Assembly: GCA_965223425.1 (NCBI GenBank)
Contig: CBDCWS010000001.1
Coordinates: 40,572-104,571 of the forward strand
DNA length: 64,000 bases
DNA from: Nitrosopumilus sp.
GTDB taxonomy: Archaea; Thermoproteota; Nitrososphaeria; Nitrososphaerales; Nitrosopumilaceae
Direction of reading: 5' to 3'
Positions 8,957-19,535 of this stretch are shown piece after piece; position 1 is the first letter of the stretch; each line of letters opens with the position of its first letter. The notes beneath the pieces are model-generated. The model saw only the letters and a list, made by a program, of their open reading frames with translations, made no database searches and was not told where the DNA came from. Both the position numbers and the translations under genes were made by a program.

Positions 8957-9997
8957 TTACGCTTGGGTATTAGTTTCGTTTTGTGCATTATGCTTCCCCC
9001 GGAGCAGACTCTCGTCTATTCGGTTACCATTCTGCGCTTCTACTAAAATCTGCGCAATTTGGTCATCTGTAAGGTGATCGAGATTCTTTATAATAAAGTA
9101 TTCCGCATCCATCATTATTTTGCTGGCATCAACTGATATTTTTCTTAGTTGATCCAATGCGTCAGGATTTTCTGCCAATAATTTGGCTGTTTCAGCGGAA
9201 TCTTTTGTCAACTCATTGATAATACTATCAACTTCGTCAAGATGTGTGCCAATTGTGTCACAGCCCGCACCATAATAATTGTCCATTTCAAAACAGTTTT
9301 TACACCGTGTAAATTCACACTTCCCATTAGGGCGTTCTATATAGAATGCATACTCTGAATAATTCCCACTGCGACAGTATAATTCGTGTAACAGGGTTTG
9401 AATATTAGCGAAACAGATACTTCTATTGATTTCATAATGTTCCAAAGTATGAGGTTCTATGTAGCATAATCTGACGCTATCCTGTTCCTTTAGGACTTGG
9501 AAAACCGATTTTTTGTGCTTTATCACCTCATCTGCTAATCCAAGTTTGACAACCTTTCTCGCTGCATCCATTATGCGTGTGGATACTTGCACTTCCTTAG
9601 CCATTTGCGATGACGACTTGGGTCTGTAATTTTGCAGACCCTCTATATGCTGATTATCGCCTAACTGCATCCATTCGCTCTGGTGTGCAAGTGCCTTGAC
9701 GACTGCCCTATGGCTTGCGGTCATGTGCCGTCTAAAGTAGTTTACCCCCATTGCGAAGCCCAACGGGTTCTGAATACCATCGAGTGGCGTGAACTCAAGT
9801 TCTGAAACCTTCTCAAGATTTACTGCCACTTGATACCTATGCCAACCGTCTAATATCTTGCCTTCATAGACGTAAATGATAGGCTGTGCAAAGCCGTTCT
9901 GTTCTATATCAGTATTCAGTTCCGAAAACTCCAATTCGGTCATATCTCCAAAGAGACTTGATAATTCATGCCTTTCAAAGTGATTCTTACTTGTCAT
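8957..9997 (-). CDS. ParB-like N-terminal domain protein (phage/MGE type)
   Basis: HELSSLFGDM..DIEQNG..PI..YEGKILDGWHRY..RRHMTASHRA; N-terminus homologous to 50544-51779. Confidence 0.75.
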   Translation of the reverse strand: MTSKNHFERHELSSLFGDMTELEFSELNTDIEQNGFAQPIIYVYEGKILDGWHRYQVAVNLEKVSELEFTPLDGIQNPLGFAMGVNYFRRHMTASHRAVVKALAHQSEWMQLGDNQHIEGLQNYRPKSSSQMAKEVQVSTRIMDAARKVVKLGLADEVIKHKKSVFQVLKEQDSVRLCYIEPHTLEHYEINRSICFANIQTLLHELYCRSGNYSEYAFYIERPNGKCEFTRCKNCFEMDNYYGAGCDTIGTHLDEVDSIINELTKDSAETAKLLAENPDALDQLRKISVDASKIMMDAEYFIIKNLDHLTDDQIAQILVEAQNGNRIDESLLRGKHNAQNETNTQA

Positions 9998-10012
9998 GTG
10001 CTAACCCCTTTT

Positions 10013-10453
10013 TTAATGTGTCTCAAATGTCTCAAAATTTCCCGCTGGCACAATGGCGGGCATACCGCAGACGTTTTCATATCGCAACCTATGTAATTCC
10101 CATAATGCTTCGATTGCCTCATGATCATCGGGGTTGCGCCCGATGCACCTCTCCAGTTTCGTCCGTGGTTTTCCACAGATGATCTCAAATTTTTCTCTGC
10201 TATCCATTTCGGGTATCTCTGCAACCGCTTGACGTTCTGATTCAATAATGCCATCGGCGGTCTGCTCAAGGTGTTGGAGGTGTGTGAGTGTGTAATCTCG
10301 TGTATTGTCAACGACCCACGTCCACGGCAGTTTGCTATCCTCTCGCATTTCTCCGATCAGGTCGCTCACTATATCAAAATCTCGCTCTTTCTTCTCAATC
10401 AGTCCTTCGCTGGATAGGTGGTAAGCGACTTGTCGGACACCGACGGGGTACAC
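10013..10453 (-). pseudogene. Fragment of a phage topoisomerase-VI-like/DUF2399-associated protein (N-terminal wHTH)
   Basis: PVGVRQVAYHL..GLIEK..LPWTWVVDNTR motif; downstream sequence looks degraded. Confidence 0.4.
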
Positions 10454-10655
10454 ACTCTACAAAACGATATATCGCTTGTTTGCGTTCCTCTCATCGCTGT
10501 TGCCATGTTCGGATTCTGCATGCTTTGCGTAGTTCCGTCCTGAGTGTCCCCACATATCTGGTATCTGCTGCAGTCGCTTTGGGGTAAATCTTGCTCGGTT
10601 AAACCAAAACTGCGCCTTTATCGCTCAATGGGGCTGTGTGCGTGCCTCATGAAAT

Positions 10656-10916
10656 TTACGAATGCCGTCGGCTGCTCTTTGGGCTTGTAATGCCCTCAAA
10701 CGATTTGAGGAGCTCAATCTTTTCTCCGATTTCACCGATACTCGCACTCACCTTGGAAGTGTTGCTGTCAATTTCAGAGAGAAGTCGTCGGCGTTGAATG
10801 TCTGCCATATTCTGGCTCGGCACAGTGTTCATTTGAATGTCTGTGAGCGTGTCGTCAAACCCCGATAGCGCGTCTGATAGCTTCTGCAATGCCTGCTCTA
10901 ATCTTACAGAATTCAT
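10656..10916 (-). CDS. Hypothetical coiled-coil protein
   Basis: GGAGG RBS, 86-aa helical ORF. Confidence 0.5.
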   Translation of the reverse strand: MNSVRLEQALQKLSDALSGFDDTLTDIQMNTVPSQNMADIQRRRLLSEIDSNTSKVSASIGEIGEKIELLKSFEGITSPKSSRRHS

Positions 10917-11253
10917 ACATTAGAACCTCCGAGCAGGGCGCGTTGACCCCACTGGTCGTGTTTATCTGCTTTGAAATGATATAGGGTGTGACGCTTATGG
11001 TAAGTAGTGTAGTATAGTGGTTGCCTAATAGTTGCGTCAGTTATCCTTTAGACGTGCAGCCCTGCTGATTTGTTCGGGTAGCAACGCAAAAAAAATCACA
11101 CTCTTTTCGCTTGTGTTTCCTGCGGAATTTCTGGGTTTTTTTCATTCTACACTTCAGAATAAGGTGGGGTTGAATTGTGGGCGGGTATGTGGTATAACGG
11201 AATACAAGAAAAGTTTTGGACTTATTTTGAATTTAAAAGTGAGGTTTATATCA

Positions 11254-11568
11254 ATGAATGAGAAGAAAAAAGTTTTTATCTCGTGCGTAGAGGAAGACCG
11301 ACCGTTTATTGAAGGATTGCATCGTGATTTAGAAAACTATGGATTTGAGACTTTCTGGTATGCAGAAGATTCGCCTGCCGGAGTAAGTTTTAAAAATCAT
11401 ACCGAAAAGGAAATAAACAGCTGTGATCATTTTTTAGCGTGTTTTTCGGAAACCTCAACAAAAAAAGAACAGAGCGATATGAGAAGGGAACTGACTCTGG
11501 CATGTGAAAAACATAAAACACTGCCACTGGACACCAACTGGTTAATATGTTTAACGTGGGTTCCATAA
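11254..11568 (+). pseudogene. TIR-domain protein truncated by IS982
   Basis: KVFISC..DRPFIEGLHRDL..GFETFW..D..AG..IN.CDHFLACFS..RREL; the ORF ends inside the IS982 left IR. Confidence 0.8.
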
Positions 11569-12562
11569 AAAATAGGAGTTTTTTAGAGAGAACTCCTTTG
11601 GTATAATAAGGTAAGCAAACCTATACCAAAAGGAGTTCTCCATGCCTATTGTATCACTTTTTTGCGAAATAGACGACTTTTTTCTGGCGTTTGAAAAATA
11701 TCAGGCACGCCAGCAACTCCCCGCAACCGCGTGTGAAAAACGGGGTCGGCCCCGGAGGATGCATCCCAGCGAGGTGATGACGATCCTCGTAGACTTTCAT
11801 CAAAGTCGGTATCGGACTTTCAAAGACTATTACCTGAAACAAGTTTGCCTAGGTTTGCGGTGGGCGTTTCCAAACCTTGTCAGCTACAACCGCTTTGTTG
11901 CGCTGATGCCAGAGACACTTTTGCCGTTGTCTGTTTATCTTTACACCCGGTTCGGCACCTGCGATGGAGTTTCTTTCATGGATTCAACCCGACTCCGGGT
12001 CTGCGAGAATCGGCGTATCCCAACGCATCGCGTCTTTCTCGAACACGCTGAACGTGGCAAAACCTCGCTCGGATGGTTCTATGGGTTCAAACTTCATCTA
12101 CTCATCAATACCCATGGGGATATCCTTGGGGCTGAGTTGACCCCCGGAAATATAGATGACCGGGTGCCGGTTGAAAAGTTGACGCAATCCGTGTTTGGCA
12201 AACTTTACGCCGATAAGGGATATATCTCCAAAGAGTTGCGACAGACGTTGAATAGCCAAGGGGTTGACTTGATTTACAAGGTTCGCAAGAACATGAAACC
12301 TCAACCGTTGTCCACCTATGATGAGGCGATGCTCAAGAAGCGTATGCTCATTGAGACGGTCATTGGACAACTCAAAAGTCAGACGCAACTTGAACATACC
12401 CGTCATCGGAGTTTCCAAAACTTTCAAGTCAATAGCGTCTCAGCGTTGATTGCTTATACGTATTTGGAAAAGAAACCGACACTGAAGTTGCGAGTGATTG
12501 ACGAAATCAAGCATGAGTTGCCGGGGACCGAAAAACCCTAAAACCTTTTATGGAACTCACGT
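11554..12562 (+). mobile_element. IS982-family element
   Basis: IRs ACGTGGGTTCCATAAAA / TTTTATGGAACTCACGT. Confidence 0.9.
11642..12541 (+). CDS. IS982 transposase
   Basis: DST..C.NRRI..HRVF..GK...GWFYGFKLHL, YADKGY, KRMLIETV. Confidence 0.95.
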   Translation: MPIVSLFCEIDDFFLAFEKYQARQQLPATACEKRGRPRRMHPSEVMTILVDFHQSRYRTFKDYYLKQVCLGLRWAFPNLVSYNRFVALMPETLLPLSVYLYTRFGTCDGVSFMDSTRLRVCENRRIPTHRVFLEHAERGKTSLGWFYGFKLHLLINTHGDILGAELTPGNIDDRVPVEKLTQSVFGKLYADKGYISKELRQTLNSQGVDLIYKVRKNMKPQPLSTYDEAMLKKRMLIETVIGQLKSQTQLEHTRHRSFQNFQVNSVSALIAYTYLEKKPTLKLRVIDEIKHELPGTEKP

Positions 12563-12607
12563 TAAGAATATGAAAACCAGACCGTTGTCCGACTTCGACG
12601 CAATCCT

Positions 12608-12708
12608 TAGGACTTACACAAATTTAGGATGTGGAGCGAGATTTTTTATTTTTAACCCCCTAAATCTCCCTTATCAGGGGGACTTCTAAACCAACTGCGT
12701 AAGTCCTA
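12608..12708. mobile_element. MITE sharing termini with the IS701 at 15100-16197
   Basis: TAGGACTTACACA...TGCGTAAGTCCTA, with an internal CCCCCTAAATCTCCCTTATCAGGGGG hairpin. Confidence 0.75.
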
Positions 12709-12715
12709 TTTATTA

Positions 12716-12880
12716 GACATGAACGACACGAGTCTCGCGACCTTGTTAAGATCTGTTTCATGCCACCACTCTTTGAATTCTTTAAGGCGAAATCCGCTGA
12801 TTTTAGCGGCATTCTGGAAATCCGATATGTGATGCCCGAATGCCTGAATTTCAAGGGAAAGTCACATTGCTGGATTTCAA
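12716..12880 (-). pseudogene. C-terminal remnant, probably of a class I SAM methyltransferase
   Basis: Translates LEIQAFGHHISDFQNAAKISGFRLKEFKEWWHE...RLVSFM*. Confidence 0.35.
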
Positions 12881-12971
12881 ACTATGGTGAATTACCAAAT
12901 AAGGGGAGTTAGGGGGTTGAGCATTGATCGAGAGGGCATAGGTAATTGTATAAAATCCACTATAACTGACT

Positions 12972-13015
12972 AAATGTAGCGATGGGAGATGTCAACATCT
13001 CCCATCGCTACATTT
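12972..13015. repeat. REPIN-like perfect palindrome
   Basis: AAATGTAGCGATGGGAGATG-TCAA-CATCTCCCATCGCTACATTT; GTAG near the foot on both strands. Confidence 0.75.
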
Positions 13016-13215
13016 GATCAGTTACGCGCATTACGCGCATGGCCCCCTGACCGCCAGTATTTAGTTTGAATTTAGGAGGTTAATGTCATCCTAAAAAGAC
13101 AGGGTGAGTTTATAACGTCATCCCAGGACGTGCTTGAAAAAATCAAAAACCGTCTTTGAAAGTGTTTTGTTGGCAAGATTAACAAATCCTGTATTTTCTG
13201 TCAAGAAAGATGCAT

Positions 13216-13785
13216 TATAGTAAAGCCCATAATTAATTATACACTTTTATAATTTCATCAATAGATACCTCAGCGTTGTATTGACGTATCAGCTTGATAT
13301 TAGCGAAATCCTTCTCAATCGGATTCAACTCCGGTGAGTACGGCGGTAAAAACAATAAACTCGCACCGCTACCCCGGATCAATGCCGCTGTCTCTGAACC
13401 TTTGTGGAAGGAGGCATTATCCATAATCACAACGTATCTGTCATCTAGCAAAGGACACAACATCTCCGAAAGCCATGTATTGAATGCAACCGCATCGCAA
13501 CTCCCCTCGAAAAGCACAGGCGCAGTGAAACACCCGTCAAGTCGTGCAGCAATCAAGGTCGTGTTGCTATACCGATGACTGGGCACTTTATCTTCAACAC
13601 AGACACCTTTCGGGGCATAAGCATACCGACGGAAATCGGTTTTGCTGAAACCACTCTCGTCAATATAAACCGGCTTTTTGCCACGCTTTTCTGTCTCTTG
13701 CTGAAGTGCTGAGAGATACTCTTGGCGTTTTACCGGACACTGTTCTTTGTAGGTTTGCGTCTTTTTTTCGCGTGATATGGAGATG
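13216..13785 (-). mobile_element. IS630-family 3' fragment
   Basis: ORF 13233-13586 (VIMDNASFHK, LPPYSPELNPIE) is nearly identical in motif to 39326-39901; same right IR TATAGTAAAGCCCATAAT. Confidence 0.85.
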
Positions 13786-13863
13786 GACGGTATGTGGCGA
13801 TACCCGTTCTGTGTACTCGATATGATCTGTTTCTATTAGAACATTTCCGACGCGTAGTTTCAT
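13786..13863 (-). pseudogene. Small gene (MKLRVGNVLIETDHIE...) truncated by the IS630 fragment
   Basis: Paralog of the 16934 gene; homology stops at SPHTV. Confidence 0.65.
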
Positions 13864-13891
13864 TTACTTTCCTCCAAACGTGCGGACAGTC

Positions 13892-15085
13892 CTACAATGG
13901 ATTTGTTTGATACGTCACACCTTCTGGACTCGTTTTGACAGGCAAACCCATCTCAAAGGTTACCGTCTCCGAAGCAGAGACCAATCCTGTCACCTCTATT
14001 GTCAATGACGATGTGTCTGTTTCTCCAGTTGGATAGAAGAATTGGACACCGAGTGGTGGTTCAACTCTCGCAAAACCCTGAATATCTGCGCTTGTTATCT
14101 GTTTGTCATTGATCGTAATTGTTAGTCCACTGCCTTCAAGGGTGTATGCCTCTGGTGGCGCATCGTAGTTTATCCAGATAATCCAGCCGTCATTATAGAC
14201 GTGATGTGCGTCTATTTCGCCAACATTATTTGTTTGTGGCGGTGTTTGTGGCGGTGACACAGGATTACTGGGTGGCGGTTGTTGAGTCACGACAGGCGGT
14301 TGGGTATTCACAGGCGGCGGTGTGTCATCAACGACAGGCGGATTGTTATCCGTTGGCACGAGCGGCGGCGGATCCTGTTTAGGCGGATCATCCTTAGGTG
14401 GCATCGTATTCACAGGCGGATTGTTATCCGTTGGCACGAGCGGCGGCGGATCCTGTTTAGGCGGATCATCCTTAGGTGGCATCGTATTCACAGGCGGATT
14501 GTTATCCGTTGGCACGAGCGGCGGCGGATCCTGTTTAGGCGGATCATCCTTAGGTGGCATCGTATTCACAGGCGGATTGTTATCCGTTGGCACGAGCGGC
14601 GGCGGATCCTGTTTAGGCGGATCATCCTTAGGTGGCATCGTATTCACAGGCGGATTGTTATCCGTTGGCACAACTGGCGGGTCAGCAGTGCTATCATCGT
14701 TGCCATTATCTGAAGTATCATCACTCGGCGGTGAATCATCAAGAATTTGTGTTGGGTAGTCAAATGCTTTGCGGATGTTTGTGGTATCGGTCGCACGCTC
14801 AGCACGCAGGATCGGCTTGCCCTCATAATAGAAGATATACACCAATTTTTGAGGGTGAACATGGATAATAGGGGCATTGATGTTTTTATCGGTGTTTTTC
14901 GGTATAAGGGTTAGGCAGACTGTTTCTATGCCGCTTTCAAGGCAGACCTGTCCATCATCGGCGTGTGTGATATACCGGTCCACATCGTCAGGCGTGAGCA
15001 TGGAATTCAGAATTGAATCACTACAGCCAGCCAGAATGAAAAGGATGATGAGAATGACGCTGATGGGGATTAGTCGGTTTTTCAT
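13892..15085 (-). CDS. Lipoprotein with a Pro/Asp-rich tandem-repeat stalk
   Basis: Lipobox LAGC; 26-aa repeats VPTDNNPPVNTMPPKDDPPKQDPPPL. Confidence 0.85.
   Translation of the reverse strand: MKNRLIPISVILIILFILAGCSDSILNSMLTPDDVDRYITHADDGQVCLESGIETVCLTLIPKNTDKNINAPIIHVHPQKLVYIFYYEGKPILRAERATDTTNIRKAFDYPTQILDDSPPSDDTSDNGNDDSTADPPVVPTDNNPPVNTMPPKDDPPKQDPPPLVPTDNNPPVNTMPPKDDPPKQDPPPLVPTDNNPPVNTMPPKDDPPKQDPPPLVPTDNNPPVNTMPPKDDPPKQDPPPLVPTDNNPPVVDDTPPPVNTQPPVVTQQPPPSNPVSPPQTPPQTNNVGEIDAHHVYNDGWIIWINYDAPPEAYTLEGSGLTITINDKQITSADIQGFARVEPPLGVQFFYPTGETDTSSLTIEVTGLVSASETVTFEMGLPVKTSPEGVTYQTNPL
14335..14671. repeat. Coding tandem repeat, 78-bp unit x4 plus a partial copy
   Basis: GATTGTTATCC recurs at 14341, 14419, 14497, 14575, 14653. 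Confidence 0.9.
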
Positions 15086-15099
15086 GGGTTCAGCCTCTT

Positions 15100-16197
15100 T
15101 AGGACTTACGCAGCATTAATTTTCAGCGCAGGTGATTTGAGTTGTTGACACAGATACTCAGAGAGTAATCCATGTTTGAGTTGATAAAGCGTTTGACGCG
15201 TCTCATGTGCCTTACGCATCAGATGAACCCAAACCAAAAACGCAGCAGCAATGTGATTACGAACAATACGCGCCAGACGACATTGGCATTTTTCAAGTCC
15301 TGTCAACTGTTTAGCTTCACGATGAAATTGTTCAATCTCCCAGCGCACGTCGCACACCTGCCGCACGACGGAGACATCGGATTGACTCAAGTCGTTAGTC
15401 ACAACATAATCCGTGCGTCGAGAAGATGCCACCCGGAAAACTTTCACCTTGTGATTTTTTGGAAACTTGTTGAGTTTCACGCGTTTGCCAAAGGTCTGTT
15501 CAGCGGCTGTCCACTGTAGCGTGTCAATGCGTTGGTAAGGTTTGCTACCATTAGCATCGTCAACGAGACGATTGGATTTCAAGGGACAATAATACGTCTT
15601 GTCAAGACTCTCAATGTAGAGCAGCAGCGATTTGCTGGCATACCAGGAATCCATCAACACTGTAGAAAAAGCAACATTGCGAGCGTTTACCAAGACCGAG
15701 AGCATATCTCTCACATGATCCAACTTCGATTTACCGTCGCCTTGTTTATCGTAAATGCGATAATCAATCAACCAATATCGGTCTAACGCCCGATTGACAT
15801 ACACACACGTCACAAGGTTTCCGATACCGTTTATCGTTTTCCCAGCGTTGCCACTATATTGTTGTTTCGCCAAGGAGACCATCTCTTTGGCATACCGTTT
15901 GTCTAAGACAGTATCATCAAAGATCAGACATCCATCCGGGGTCTGTTCCAAGTGGGGTTTGACATGTTCCCAGACGTGGCGGGGTCTGAGACGGGCGTTG
16001 GCGAGATACCGGTTTATCTGATCATGACTGAATTTCTCAGAATGTTCTCCGAAATGCCTCAGCGTATAGTTAATAGGTGTGCTGAGTAAATACTGACAGT
16101 AATCAACACGTGTCGGTTTCGTCATTTTTATTTACCTCCTCACACACCATAATAATGGATGACGGAGGATATGTCAATGAGTTTTGCGTAAGTCCTA
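15100..16197 (-). mobile_element. IS701-family element
   Basis: IRs TAGGACTTACGCA / TGCGTAAGTCCTA. Confidence 0.85.
15106..16125 (-). CDS. IS701 transposase
   Basis: LIFDDTV.DK..QYSGNAG, VLMDSWY, RWEIEQFHREAKQLTG.E.CQ.R. Confidence 0.9.
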   Translation of the reverse strand: MTKPTRVDYCQYLLSTPINYTLRHFGEHSEKFSHDQINRYLANARLRPRHVWEHVKPHLEQTPDGCLIFDDTVLDKRYAKEMVSLAKQQYSGNAGKTINGIGNLVTCVYVNRALDRYWLIDYRIYDKQGDGKSKLDHVRDMLSVLVNARNVAFSTVLMDSWYASKSLLLYIESLDKTYYCPLKSNRLVDDANGSKPYQRIDTLQWTAAEQTFGKRVKLNKFPKNHKVKVFRVASSRRTDYVVTNDLSQSDVSVVRQVCDVRWEIEQFHREAKQLTGLEKCQCRLARIVRNHIAAAFLVWVHLMRKAHETRQTLYQLKHGLLSEYLCQQLKSPALKINAA

Positions 16198-16937
16198 AAA
16201 AGTAACGAAGGCAAGCAAATCCTGCGTGCTGAACACGTAACGGATACCACCGAGATTGTTAAAACATTGACAGAAACGACAGAAGATGTCGTGCCGTCAG
16301 ATGGTGAGATGCCCGATCCCGATATTGCTCTCAATGCTGACGATACGAGTGATAACGATACCGCTGCTGCTGATACCGACGATACTCTCAAGGATCCACC
16401 AGTGGAGGCGACACCGCCGGTCTACATCCAACCACCGGTCTATATCCCGCCAGTAGCACCACCAGCAGTGCCCGACACACAAGATGATGAAGATACTCGT
16501 GATGATGATACCGACGTTACACTCGATGATGACAAACCCGTACCCGAATCACCACCGCCACTGTCACCACCTACAGTTAAAAATCCGCCGAGTGGCGTGT
16601 CTACTGATATAGACGCCATCACGTTTATAATGACAGCTGGATCATCTGGATAAACTACGATGCGCCACCAGATGCCTATACACTCGAAGGCAGTGGGCTC
16701 ACAATCAAAATAAATGGACAAACGATGACGAGTGGAGACTTAAGCAGCTTTGCGCGTGTGGAGGGTTCCAGCGGTCCCGGCATCCAGTTCTTTTATGAAA
16801 CCGGGCAAACAGACGATTCGTCGCTAACCATAGATGTCAAAGGTTTGGTTGCCGCAGGAAAGACGGTAACCTTTCGCATGAACTCACCTGTGGAAACATC
16901 TCCAGAAGGCGTTACCTACCAAATGAGTCCGCTATGA
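16198..16937 (+). pseudogene. Paralog of the 13892 lipoprotein, N-truncated at IS701 and frameshifted near 16615
   Basis: EGKQILRAEHVTDTT matches EGKPILRAERATDTT; a 1-bp loss at DAHHVYND; C-terminus SPEGVTYQMSPL. Confidence 0.8.
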
Positions 16938-17040
16938 AACTACGATTAGATAAAGTCTTAATTGAAACCGATCATATCGAACACATCGAAAAAGTATCAC
17001 CCCACACCGTTAAAGTCTACTTTATATCAGGGAATGTACT

Positions 17041-18515
17041 CAATACCTTCGCCAAATTATGATGTATTGAGTTGAGCGGGTGTATGATGAATGGTTTCCC
17101 CGATTGAACCGAGACGTTCAGCGATTTCATCAATAACAATAGCATCAGGTTTTTGGGGCAGTATTTTTAATGTTTCGCGCAAATACTTCACGCCTCGGTA
17201 GTGTGCTTTGAGATCTAAGGTGCTACACTTGGCGTGTGCTAAACGCAAGGGTGCTAAAAGTTTCGCAGACACATTGACCATGAACATTGATAGATTCGCC
17301 GCAGTGTTCACGGGTGTCTTGTTGACATTCATAAAATCCTCTAACCCCCAATACTGTTTCGCATCGCGGAAGTTGAACTCGATTTGAAAGCGGAGTCGGT
17401 AAGAGTGAATCACTTTTTCCGCCGCCAATGCTAAGTCAGAACTGAACAATAAGACGTGTGATTTTTTCTCCGTCAACAGATGTGTCTTGAGAATACAGAC
17501 CACATTTAGTGGATCCGGGAACTTTTTATGGCGCAACTTTGAAACCTGATAGACTTCGGTTGTAATGTTTCCTTGCGTCTCGGTAGAGACCCGGTATTTG
17601 GTATCCATCTGCTGCGGATTGAAACGCTGCCCGTAGATACGCGGGCGTCCACGTCCGGCGTAAGGCGCTGTAGCTGGAAAATAAAGGGAAACCGTATTGA
17701 CGCGCAACTTTGAGATCAGTGCTAATCCACATTCTTGCGTCATCTGTAGCGCATGATTGTCTCCAAAGTATCCATCAAGCACAAGGTAGCGCAGCGGTAT
17801 CAAATCATCAATACGTCTCAGCAACGCCTTGACCATCGTTTGAAGATGTTTCAATGTATCGCTGAGCTGGACCTCCGTCTTGTCTCGGTTCCGACTTCCC
17901 TTTGGGCGTCCGCGTTTGCGTCGGGGAGCGGGTTTTGGCGGGTCCTCAGGGTGTTCAGAGGTTTCCACTGGACTTCGGAGACCGCGCGTGTCGCCACGAA
18001 CGATTTGCTCCATAGCCAGTGGGTAAGAACGCCGCTCCTTGACGCTCACTAACGATAAACTAAAGAACGCTAATCCCGGGAGCGTTTTGCCATACACAGA
18101 CGAGAAAAAACGCGATAAACCGTAAGTCGATTGACCTGATTTTGAGACCACGGTTTCGTCGCCAGCGAGGATATAGGTGCTTTCAGCATCCAGCAGATAC
18201 GTCCTAAAAAACACCCAGTAAATAGGCCCCCAAGGGATAACGGTGTTGAAGAAGCGTTGGACCGTCCGGTAACTCCCGCCTTCTGATGTCCAACGTGAGA
18301 TATTTAGCATGCTGACCCGCCCCGTCATCACAAGCAATCCCAAAACCACGCGAGAAAACTGACGCACCGTGGTCGTTGATAAATGTGGATACAAAACACT
18401 AAAGACTGATAGAATGTCATACATGGGCGAAGGTCCTTTCTCAGTTATGGGTTTGGTCATTCATAACTTTAGGACGGTTGCCCTATTTATTCAACCTTTT
18501 TTGGCGAAGGTATTG
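17041..18515 (-). mobile_element. IS4/IS701-superfamily element with a 5-bp TSD (GTACT)
   Basis: IRs CAATACCTTCGCCAAA / TTTGGCGAAGGTATTG; GTACT at 17036-17040 and 18516-18520. Confidence 0.9.
17057..18424 (-). CDS. DDE transposase
   Basis: LAGDETV, VLDGYF, YRLRFQIEFNFRDAKQYWG. Confidence 0.9.
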   Translation of the reverse strand: MYDILSVFSVLYPHLSTTTVRQFSRVVLGLLVMTGRVSMLNISRWTSEGGSYRTVQRFFNTVIPWGPIYWVFFRTYLLDAESTYILAGDETVVSKSGQSTYGLSRFFSSVYGKTLPGLAFFSLSLVSVKERRSYPLAMEQIVRGDTRGLRSPVETSEHPEDPPKPAPRRKRGRPKGSRNRDKTEVQLSDTLKHLQTMVKALLRRIDDLIPLRYLVLDGYFGDNHALQMTQECGLALISKLRVNTVSLYFPATAPYAGRGRPRIYGQRFNPQQMDTKYRVSTETQGNITTEVYQVSKLRHKKFPDPLNVVCILKTHLLTEKKSHVLLFSSDLALAAEKVIHSYRLRFQIEFNFRDAKQYWGLEDFMNVNKTPVNTAANLSMFMVNVSAKLLAPLRLAHAKCSTLDLKAHYRGVKYLRETLKILPQKPDAIVIDEIAERLGSIGETIHHTPAQLNTS

Positions 18516-18824
18516 GTACTTGAAGTTATTTGCGGTGTTAAGTCAACCTCTCACATCAGAGAAGCAATAATACTCCATCATAAATTTGCCCGCACGCTCG
18601 GAATGGAAAGCGGTTTGACGGGTGTCATCAGAGTAGGATACCCTCGCTTTGCAGGTTGTGCGAGGCTTTGGCGGAAACCTTTGTTTTTCCGTGAAAACAG
18701 CCTGCTTTTATACAGAGGAAACCTTCACAACGGATGAAATAACTATTGAACCAACCTAACCAAAATGAGGCGGTGTGCTGCGGCGCATCACCTTGTTTTT
18801 TTATACACAGAGGGGCTATACCAA

Positions 18825-19217
18825 ATGAAATCAATCGAAGGCACTTCTAAATATCCTTTACAAGAAGCAAGGTATAAATATGCTACGGCAGTCCTTTTGT
18901 ACTATGCAGCGGGATACGAGTCTCCTACTCCTGAATTATATGAATCAGCCACTCGTTTACTTGACCGAACACTAAAACTCATTCCTGATTTTTCAGATGC
19001 CTCTGATCTCAGAGAAGAAATATGGCACCGATTCCTTCGTCTATCAAAAGGCACAGATGAGCAAAATGAGCAATATAATGCCTACATTAAATCGGATGCG
19101 TGGGCTAAGAAAAGAGAAGAGAGGATGGAAACTGACGGATATACCTGTGCTTGTGGCAATCCTGCTGAAGAGGTCCATCTTGACATACTCCCCAAACTAA
19201 AGCATGGGGATTCTTGA
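18825..19217 (+). pseudogene. Truncated HNH-endonuclease-like protein
   Basis: YNAYIKSDAWAKKR..DGYTCACG..EEVH, then breaks off before the HNH motif is complete. Confidence 0.5.
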
Positions 19218-19535
19218 GAGTTTCCCCAACGCTTGGCAGATTGTGGGATCAACAAGGGTTGCTTGCGATCACAACTCTGACACCCTCTCCTCCAGAGGAC
19301 AACGCCCTGCCCTCTCGCCCGAAGGCGACTTCGTATATCTGAGAGTGCTTGTTTCGGGATGCACCTTTAAGTGTCTTTCCCATTACACTCAAGTTTTCCT
19401 CCAGTATCTATCTGGTGTCAAAGACTTCTACCGCTTGTGTCGCAACTTTACGTGAGTCCACTCGGTATGTAGCATCAGAACGCATGCTCACAACCCCACA
19501 CGCGAGCGCGTGATCGAGTTACTATGTGTATTCTA

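Larger units (their letters stand above)
16934..18737 (+). pseudogene. Small gene (MKLRLDKVLIETDHIE...) split by an IS4-like element
   Basis: Reading SGNV|LEVICG is restored across the GTACT target duplication. Confidence 0.7.

Noticed and set aside
14335-14671. Possible CRISPR array
   Set aside because: 78-bp head-to-tail units with no unique spacers, in frame inside a lipoprotein; no cas genes in the window.
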